Positions 1 through 8,248 of a stretch of 20,000 nucleotides of DNA are shown here, in pieces. A program made the position numbers and the translations under genes. The first letter of the stretch is position 1. Every line of letters begins with the position of its first letter. The notes below the pieces were generated by a model, which saw only the letters and a list, made by a program, of their open reading frames with translations, did no database searches and was not told where the DNA came from. Origin of the DNA: Saprolegnia diclina VS20 (taxonomy: Eukaryota); the NCBI RefSeq assembly GCF_000281045.1, contig NW_008246078.1, forward strand, positions 331,337 through 351,336, in the 5' to 3' direction.

Positions 1-371
1 CGGCCATGGCCACCACGCACGACGCGCTCAAGACCTGGATCGACGACACGTGCCCGATGACGTCGGCCAAGCCGTCCGGCGTCTACTGCATCGCGACGGC
101 CAAGTGTCTGCAGCGCGACATCGAGTACCCAGGCCGCGGCTACGACTACTTTTGCTATGCAAACTGGCCGTATACGTACATGAACCCGTCGTTCGATGTA
201 TGCTTTGGCTCGACGCTCATGTCGACCGTGCGCCAGTACGACGTGGCGATCGCGGTCGTCTCGAGCTTGCTCTTGCTAGTTAGCCTCGTGCTCGCTGCAT
301 ATGTGTGGCGCACACGCCGCGGCCAAGACCACGCCGACACGGCCGTGCAGACACCGAAAGACACCGTCTAG
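1..371 (+). CDS. 3' part of a hypothetical single-pass membrane protein (probably 5'-truncated by the window edge)
   Basis: Frame is open from the window edge (ATG at 6) to TAG at 369-371 with high GC3. It has a Cys-rich segment, then a hydrophobic helix (VAIAVVSSLLLLVSLVLAAYVW) and a basic stop-transfer (RTRR). Family not recognised. Confidence 0.65.
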   Translation, partial: AMATTHDALKTWIDDTCPMTSAKPSGVYCIATAKCLQRDIEYPGRGYDYFCYANWPYTYMNPSFDVCFGSTLMSTVRQYDVAIAVVSSLLLLVSLVLAAYVWRTRRGQDHADTAVQTPKDTV

Positions 372-1004
372 CTCTCTTCGTTCTAGTACATAATACACTA
401 GTCGTTAGTACACGAGATGGTTTTTGGTCCCGTCTTGATCCAACAAGCAGCATTGCATCGTACCGCACGGACCACCAAGTATGAGTTGTACTACGTAATA
501 TGACTAGAGTCGAATGGTGTCGATCCTGGTGGCGGTAGCTGGTGGCGGTACTAGTACCTGGTGGCGGTGGCACCAACTCGATAGATTGATACAATTGGGT
601 GCCAGTGGCAGTGTGCCACACTCACGAACGGTCTCTACCACGCAGTGTACGGCCCTTTTTCGATCTTATCACTCTACCCCATTGTACACTATTGTACAAT
701 CTAAACATGTAGTAGTATGGCCTTGGACGTCGCAGGGAGCAACTACGGGGAGCGTGTACTGGATACGGCAATTCCACGACATTGTTGGCCTCGGTATCCG
801 TATCCGGATACGCAGTGGGCGGGAACGCATTTTATCCAATCCGCGTGCGTCTTGCGTATTATTTTACCATATTCGTTTGGTTTCACGTCCCATGTATTAT
901 TAGCATTCAATCTTTGTATGAAAATCCTAGAATCGCTTAAAAAAGAATAAGGGCGATGCAAATTATTGGATCCGGGCCCGCGACCGGTCATTTCCGGACT
1001 GACC

Positions 1005-1490
1005 ATGGCCGACTCGATTGCGGCGCAGCGCCTCCGGCAGGAGCGCAAGAACTGGCGCCGGGACCACCCCGCGGGCTTCTGGGCGCGGCCCGTGGCGGCC
1101 GACGACGGCAGCCTCAACATCATGGTGTGGCAGGCAGGGATTCCCGGCAAGGCGGGGACCATGTGGGAGGGCGGGACCTACAAGATGTCGCTGACGTTCT
1201 CGGAAGACTACCCGAGCAAGCCGCCGCTGTGCAAGTTTGTGCCACCGCTCTATCACCCGAACGTGTACCCGAGCGGGACGGTGTGCTTGAGCATTTTGAA
1301 CGAGGACAAGGACTGGAAGCCCAGCGTCACGATCAAGCAGATCCTCAAGGGCGTGCAGGATTTGCTCGACTCGCCCAACATGGCCGACCCGGCGCAGCGC
1401 GAGCCCTTCCAGGACCTCAAGAACGACCCGGAAGAGTACAAGCGCAAGGTCAAGCTGATAGCGCTCAAGAACCGTGACAACACGAACTAA
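1005..1490 (+). CDS. UBC9: SUMO-conjugating enzyme E2 (Ubc9), 161 aa, intronless
   Basis: Ubc9 signatures: [49 protein letters not shown] (catalytic Cys), [22 protein letters not shown] at 1005 follows an INR-like TCATTTC (988-994). Confidence 0.95.
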   Translation: MADSIAAQRLRQERKNWRRDHPAGFWARPVAADDGSLNIMVWQAGIPGKAGTMWEGGTYKMSLTFSEDYPSKPPLCKFVPPLYHPNVYPSGTVCLSILNEDKDWKPSVTIKQILKGVQDLLDSPNMADPAQREPFQDLKNDPEEYKRKVKLIALKNRDNTN

Positions 1491-1594
1491 GACATCCCAT
1501 TTTTACACCACTCGTGTGCACCATGGGAGACGCGACTGCAACCGGCGCGCCAAACTCTACGACTACAAACTAGCATGCATCTGGGTCGACGCTT

Positions 1595-3885
1595 CTATAC
1601 GCCGTGCTTGATGAGGAGCGCGCCGACCTCGTGGTGGTGGCACTGCTCCGCGACCGTCAACGGCGTCATCCCGCCCTTCATCGCTTGGTGCGCATTCGCA
1701 CCCGCTTGTAGCAGCTGCCGGACGACGTCCAGATGACCACTCGCGGCCGCCACAAACAGCGCCGAGCTCCCGTCCTGTGCATAGCATGAGCTTCTTCCGT
1801 CATTGTCTCGATCATCATCTACCTTCATCGTGTGGTCGATGCTGGCGCCATGCGCGAGCAAGACCTCGACGCACTTGGCATGGCCTTTCGCAGCTGCGAC
1901 GATGAGCGACGTCGCGCGGTCGTCCGTCGCCTGCTGCACACTGGCGCCGGCGTCCACGAGCTGGCTCACAACGTCGGCGTGGCCGTGCGACGCCGCCGCC
2001 AGCAGCGCAAACGACTGCGCATCCGAGATGATGTTGACGTTGGCGCCGGCCTTGATGAGCGACCGCACCACGTGGCCATGGCCTTTCGCCGCTGCAAGCA
2101 TGAGCGGCGTCGTGCCATCCTAGCCACCCGCTCATCATGAGCCTCATGCTTCAAGAGGACAAAGGTCTACCAGCGTCTCGGCGTCGACGTCGGTGAGCGG
2201 CAAGAAGACGTCGACGAGCGCCATGTGTCCATTCTGCGCTGCAATGTGCAGCAGCGTGGCACCGTTCTACGCACAAATTGCCATCTTTTGTATCAAGGTA
2301 TCAAGATCGTACGCGCATCGTGGCGGCCGTCGACGGGTATTTCGGCAGCAACGTGGTGACGAGACCGACGTGGCCGTGCTCGGTGGCGACCATGAGGGCT
2401 GTTGCACCCGTCTACGTTGCACGATGAGTGTCGAATCGCGTGATTCGGAGGGGACCTTGGTGGCCGCCAGCAAGTCGACGTCGGCGGCGAGTAGCAGGTC
2501 CACGATTGCAGTCTGACCGCACGCCGCCGCCACGATCAGCGCCGAGGTCCCGTCCTACACGGCGTCACGTCAAGCGTCTGGGTAAGAGAGAGACCGGCGT
2601 ACCTCTATCGTGTGATGCAGCGACTTGGGCGAGAACGTCGAGAGCTGCTTGAAGACGGCCATGTGGCCGTGCTGGGCGGCCAGGAGCAGCGCGCTGGTCA
2701 CCGCGTCCAGCGACTAGTCATGTAATTCATCAGAAATGATACGAGGTGAAGTGGAGTGCGTACCCAGTTGCCTTGGGCCAAGAGCAAGTCGACCACCGCC
2801 GTGTGCCCGTACTGCGCTGCGAGGGCGAGGGCCGTCGCACCGTCCTACGCGCGCCATCAGCATCGATCGCATAAGACATCGGCGATAGCTCTACCTGGCG
2901 CGTCTTTTTGAGGTCGGCTTTGACGAGAAGCAGCTCGACAATCGCCAGCTCGCCCTTGGCACACGCCAGGAGAAGCGGCGTCGTCCCATCCTAAGCAAAG
3001 TTGGTCTCCAGATGCACGATGGCAAAGTCGTGTACCGAGAGCGGAATGTCGACGTCGTTGACGGCGTCGAGGAGCGCACGGACGACGTCTTGATGCCCGT
3101 GCTGCGTGGCGAGGAGCAGTGCTGTGGCACCGCCGTCCATTGCGACCGTCGGGCGCGCGTGCGGCAAGAGCAGCTGGACCATGGCAGCGTGCCCGTTCTG
3201 CGCGGCCACGACGATCGGTGTTGCGCCATTCTACGTATATACGATGCATGAGGATCCGACGAGGTAGATGGCATCGAAGATGATGATGGCGTACGTGCAT
3301 GGCCTTGGTCGCATCGGCCTTCTTCTCCAAGAGGAGACGCGCAATCTCGAGCGAGCCGACCTGCGCGGCCATAAACAGAGGCGTGACGCCGTCCTACAGA
3401 GGACATGAGCGACGAGGCGAGCGACGTTGCGTACGTTGGCGGCAATGTTGACGTCGGCGCAGTCGACGAGCAGTTGGACAACGTTGACATGGCCATACTG
3501 GCACGCGATCAAAAGTGGCGTAGCGCCTTCCTATGCACCGATGTCTTCAATCCGTGCAAAGGAGGAGGATGGCGTCGTCGTACCCGCGTCTGCGCGTTGA
3601 CGTTCGACTGCGCGAGAAGCTCGCGCACGAGCTCAATGTGGCCTTTGCTGGCGGCAATGTACAATGGCGTCCGGCCCACCTACGCGACGGTCAGCTGCAT
3701 CGCATGAGGGTGCGCTCGTCGTACGTCGTCCTTGGCATCGATGCAACCGCACTTGGCCAGAAGCGCCGTGAGCTCGTCGAGAGACCCGTCCTTGGCCGCT
3801 TGTAGCAGCGCATCGCGGGAGTCCTACGCCCACATGAGACGCCAACCCATCGAGGATGCCAAGGACGTACTTCGTAAATCGCCAT
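1595..3885 (-). CDS. Ankyrin-repeat protein, ~552 aa, ~17 repeats, 14 exons
   Basis: Exons (minus): 3885-3871, 3823-3725, 3679-3584, 3530-3435, 3393-3295, 3230-3036, 2990-2895, 2844-2764, 2713-2603, 2554-2456, 2411-2313, 2266-2171, 2119-1823, 1774-1595. All introns are GT-AG and 41-64 nt. The spliced frame is open and repeats G-x-T-[PA]-L-x-x-A-A-x-x-G-H motifs. Confidence 0.88.
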
Positions 3886-3940
3886 GGGTTGCAGGTTGAA
3901 AAGTGGGTCCAAGCTTCGCCCAAACGGGCACTACGATCTG

Positions 3941-3974
3941 TGATTGGCTAAAATTACGCGACATGGGCCAATCA
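3941..3974. promoter_or_regulatory. Inverted pair of CCAAT boxes upstream of the ankyrin gene
   Basis: TGATTGGC (3941-3948) and GCCAATCA (3967-3974), 55-90 nt upstream of ATG 3885. Confidence 0.55.
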
Positions 3975-4901
3975 TGAACACCTGTCAGGCAGTTGAAGTG
4001 CCGATTATAACACGTTTGTTATAACCTCGCCTGGAGCATTGCCCATCATCATCTGCCCGAGGTTGAAGAAGCTTCGCACTTGGTGGTGGTGGTGGCCGTG
4101 GCTTGGACCATCACCGCTGCTGCGATCGCGACGGCGATAAAGCGTCCCGACGACCTGCACAGTTGCAAGCACAGAGCTCTCTTCATTCTGAACGACGCGA
4201 CAACCTACGCGGAGGCATGACGGCCGCCACCCGACCAGCATGGGATGTGCCGTCGTAAGGATACCATGCATGGCTTCGTCGAATGGCCATTCACTTGGCT
4301 ACTGCTCGCTACCACTGTGCACCCGCTAGCGCGGGAGGCTTTGCGCGGGCAGCTCGCGCCGGCAACCCAGAAACGACGAGCAGCTCAGTGGCGTCCCTGC
4401 GTGACCTGGCTACAGACGTGACAGGCATTGTTCCTTGCGTGCGACGTCAGCCAATGCGTCCATTGGCCTGTCTGAGTTGCCTGCACCCAGAGCAGCTTCA
4501 ATGCACCGCGATGATGCCACTGCCACCGTTGGTGCAAACTGTAGGTGCGACTAACTTTTCGCTCCCATCAACGACAGACGGCCCTCGCTGACGGGGCTCG
4601 GAGCATCGGCATGGGTCCGTGGCAAGGTCCAGCGTGGTATTGCCTCCTTCTGTAACACGTTCCGCGGCGGATCTAACGGCACCACGACATGTTATAACGA
4701 CGCCGACGGTTCTAACACACCAGCCGATCTGATCGGCAGGCGGCTGGAGGCAGGCAGGATCAGCCACAGGCACGGATTGCGCCCTAACTTCAACATGCGA
4801 CGACGCGCGGTGCCACGCCCGGCAGTGTCACTCGCGCGGCTGCGCCCATCAATGCGCATTCTACGCGTGTCTTGATGGTCATCATCCTAGCTAGCGACGA
4901 G

Positions 4902-6233
4902 CTACTGGTCCTTGGCCAGAATCGCGTTTGCAGCGTCAATGCGGTACGCCTTGGCGTTGCCCGGTCGCCGCGTGAGCTTGCGTGCGCGCATGTTGAGCTG
5001 GTGCTCAATGTCCTGGAAGCTCACGCCGGCCGCGACGCAGCGGGCCATGGCAAAGTACAGGACGTCAGCACCTTCTTCGGCCACGTGCACGGCGTCTATA
5101 GGATGTTTGACGATCAATAGGTTGTTGTGGTGTCTCGACGCGATGCAATACCAGTGGCCTCGGCGAGCTCCTGCGCTTCCTCAACGAGCTTATTGCGCAG
5201 CAATGTCATGTCATCAAAGAGGCGCTTGGTGTACGAGCCGGGCGGCGCCGACTGCTTGCGGTCCTGCAGTGTGGCCTGGAGGTGGCGAATGCCCATCGCC
5301 GGTCCCCAACACGTGCGCGTCTCGAGGTGGCAAAAGCTGCCTGCATCCGGCGTCGTTGCGCGTGCCGGGCTGTGCTGGAAGACCGTGAACCGCAGCGCGT
5401 CCGAGTCGCAGTCCATGTCCAGCTGGATGAGCTCTTGGACGTGGCCGGACGAGTCGCCTTTGGGCCAGAGTCCATTTCTATTGCATAAAAATGTAAGGTA
5501 ATCACGAAGGATATGTTGCAACGTGCCGGGACCGGGAGTAGTAGATGCCACGGCGCTGCTGGACGGACGCCAAAATGCTCTCGGCGCTCGAGTAGACCAG
5601 GCCAAGCGCCACGCCTGACGCGTCGGTGACGACGGTAGTAAAGAGTCCATCTAGACGGTCGCTCTTGAGGCACCGGATAAAGGCGTCGGTGACCACGTCG
5701 GTGGTGCTGGGTACCGCCGCCAGACTCAAGTGCTGTGCATGCAACGGCTTGACGTCGGTGGCGATCGCTGTACCCGGTGCGTCGACCGCGATCAAGAACC
5801 CTTCGGGCAATGCCTTGCGCAAAGGCAAAACCGCCTCGGGCGACACGTCAGCTGGAAGCTGCAAGAGCAGACCAGAGGCAAAGGCCGTCACGGCTGGCAG
5901 CGTCGTTGCGAGCGCCGCCACGTCGGCGCTGGTGACGGCCACCGAGAGGAGGACGCGGTCCGCGGGCAGGTCCAATGCAATGCCGCCGCTGACGAGCGCT
6001 GTGTATGTGGTATGGAACACGGCCTTGTGCGCGCCGTGGTCGAGCCACACGACGGCCGCGTCAATGGCGTCGGGCGAGAATGGCCCGACGTAGAGTCGCG
6101 TTGTCGCCAGAAGCGCCGGTGAAAACGCTGCACTCGACAGCTCTGGCGCAGAGAGGCGGACGTAGACGGGTCCGAGGAGACTCCACGCGCGCAGAGGCGC
6201 CTCGTTCAACGTCGTTGCGATCGGAAGCAGCAT
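4902..6233 (-). CDS. hisIE: Histidine biosynthesis bifunctional PR-AMP cyclohydrolase / PR-ATP pyrophosphatase (HisIE; fungal His4 N-terminal-type, no HisD), ~408 aa, 3 exons
   Basis: Exons 6233-5527, 5477-5152, 5095-4902. Motifs KSDRLDGLFTTVV, LGLVYSS, YYSRSRNGLWPKGDSSG, DCDSDAL, FCHLETRTCW, SYTKRLF, KLVEEAQEL, EGADVLYF, RRPGNAK match yeast His4 HisI/HisE regions as recalled. Confidence 0.92.
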
Positions 6234-6240
6234 GGTGGTT

Positions 6241-6293
6241 GAAAAGGCAAAATGGACGGTCCCGTTGGTGGTGCGATCTTGGATTGGCCAATC
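6241..6293 (-). promoter_or_regulatory. INR+FPR core promoter and palindromic double CCAAT box of hisIE
   Basis: Minus-strand CCATTTTGCCTTTTC (6255-6241) fits the oomycete INR/FPR consensus just before ATG 6233. GATTGGCCAATC lies at 6282-6293. Confidence 0.6.
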
Positions 6294-7602
6294 ACCGCGC
6301 CGGATTTCCCACCACGGATGACCGCGGAATAAGATTGTGGCACATGTGTCGACGCTCGGTGTGCGTCCAGCGGCTTCGCAATGAAGCGCCGCGAACGTCG
6401 GCCGCGATGAACGTGGAGCCATTCATCACTTGAACGACAAGCGCCCACGCCGCCGGCACGCGCATGTCGACATGCGGACGAGATTGCCAACCAGCGTCCG
6501 GCGCCCGATGGCAGATGCGCTGCACATGGTCAAGGTCCCGTCAACGTGCTACCTGGAGCGACGGTCCGCACGGACTGGGCCCTCACTGTAGCGACACAAG
6601 GTACAAGCGCTGCTGGCACCCAGATCGACGATGGATACAGGTAGAAACTGGAAGGAGTGGCGACGAGCGACAACGATCATTGTACAACGAAATACTGCCC
6701 GCGCCGAATGCTTCAAACGGGTGGGCAGTCTGCACGCACTGTGCTGGAGGCAAGCGGTGATGACGCTCGGTGATTGATCGGAGTACGGTCCAACATCGTG
6801 GTATTGGAATGGCCCAAGTTGTTGCTTTGACGAGGCGTGCACTCGCAATAAGCAAACAAGCTCTTAGTTGATGACATCTCAGTGAAACAATAAGATGCCG
6901 CTCATCGTCCTTGGATGACAGCGGCAAGAGCCCTGCCCTGCCACCCTACGCGTAGTATGTTGCGTGTCGTCGCTTCAAAGTTGCCGTTGCCGTCAACGGA
7001 AATCCATCGCTTGACAAGACCATTTCATTGTCACGCGCTCGACACGCCGTCACACTTCTCGGCCGGCAAGTGCGTTGCTATCGCTTCCAACGGCGCCGCC
7101 GAAGGAGGCAGTCGCCCGGCGAGTCGCGGCGGCCCACGCTAGAGAGCCCGCAACTGCATCCTCTGCTTCCTCGCTCCACGATTCCACCGTCTTGAATCCT
7201 TTCTTGGCCCTACGTCAATGGCATTCAGCGCGCTCATCGCTCGTTGGTCGGCTCGGTCGCGTGCCCGGTCGGCGAGATCCGCGGTCGCGTCGTTGCCGTT
7301 GCCGTCAAGCGTCCTGTCACTGTCGCTTCGCCGACGCCGAGTACGATCCGCACCTTCTATCGCGCGTAATCTTGCAGACAACCTTGCGGCGCACCGGCCA
7401 TGCGTGTACATTGACGGCGAAATGCTCTCTGGATGGGCCACGGCCCGTCGTCCCGCCGCCGTCGCGCTTCGCCAGCGTTCATATCTATGTGTCACCTCTG
7501 AGAATGCATATGTTCCCCGATCGATTTTGAGAAAAATAAAAAGAGAGAGGAAGTCGACGGCTTCGGGGCCAGCCATATTTTCGTTTTGGATCGTACTGAC
7601 TG

Positions 7603-7905
7603 ATGTTTGCTCAACGCTTCCTCCGCACGGCCGGCGCCCGCGCCTTCTCGTCGGCGCCCAAGCCCACGTCGATCAACGGCAAGGGCTCGCTCGACGCCAT
7701 CTACGCGGCCTTCATGAAGAACAACATCACGTACGTCTCGACGATCGTCGTCGCGGCGGTCCTCTTTGAGGGCGTGTACGGCACGACCACGTCGGCGCTC
7801 TGGGAGTCGATGAACCGCGGCCGCCTGTACCACCACATTGACTGGAGCCAGTTCAAGTCGGACCTCGACGACGAAGAGGAAGCGGAAGACGAGGACGACG
7901 AGTAA
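7603..7905 (+). CDS. QCR9: Cytochrome b-c1 complex subunit 9 (QCR9/UQCR10), 100 aa
   Basis: Core IYAAFMKNNITYVSTIVVAAVLFEGVYGTTTSALWESMNRGRLYHHI matches the QCR9 pattern (Y..F....TY...I......FE........W...N.G.L...I). It has an acidic C-tail and an Arg-rich N-terminus. Confidence 0.88.
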   Translation: MFAQRFLRTAGARAFSSAPKPTSINGKGSLDAIYAAFMKNNITYVSTIVVAAVLFEGVYGTTTSALWESMNRGRLYHHIDWSQFKSDLDDEEEAEDEDDE

Positions 7906-8248
7906 ACGCCCGCACCACACATGTACCATCCGCCGGTATGTTTATGGAATAGAAAAAAGGGTTATTGTGTATCCTCTCCGTGCCACCTTGCCTCTTGGCC
8001 CGTGACGACGATGCTGCGTACATGCACGTGGTGATGGCCCTCTCGACATAGCGTTGGCGCCACCTCGCCGCGCATCGCGGACATTGCCCTATGGCAGCCT
8101 CTTGCCTGCCCTGCCCTGTCCTCGTCTACCGAAGAGCCGCGACCATATAGAGCTCACACGCCGCAGCACGGCTCCACATGGAGGCGGACGACACGCGTCG
8201 GAGGTGACTGGTATGGCGAAAGTACAGGAATGTAGAATTACAAGCAGA

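Noticed and set aside
538..545. GCTGGTGG (E. coli Chi site)
   Set aside because: Single occurrence in eukaryotic DNA; chance match within a short repeat.
4280..4900. Possible HisD exons downstream of hisIE
   Set aside because: A clear stop at 4902-4904 and no histidinol dehydrogenase motifs seen in the translated frames.
6430..7580. Several 100-180 aa ORFs and an intron-like 37-mer (7341-7377) between hisIE and QCR9
   Set aside because: No consistent spliced frame or recognisable domain; treated as divergent promoter/intergenic sequence, though an unrecognised transcript cannot be excluded.
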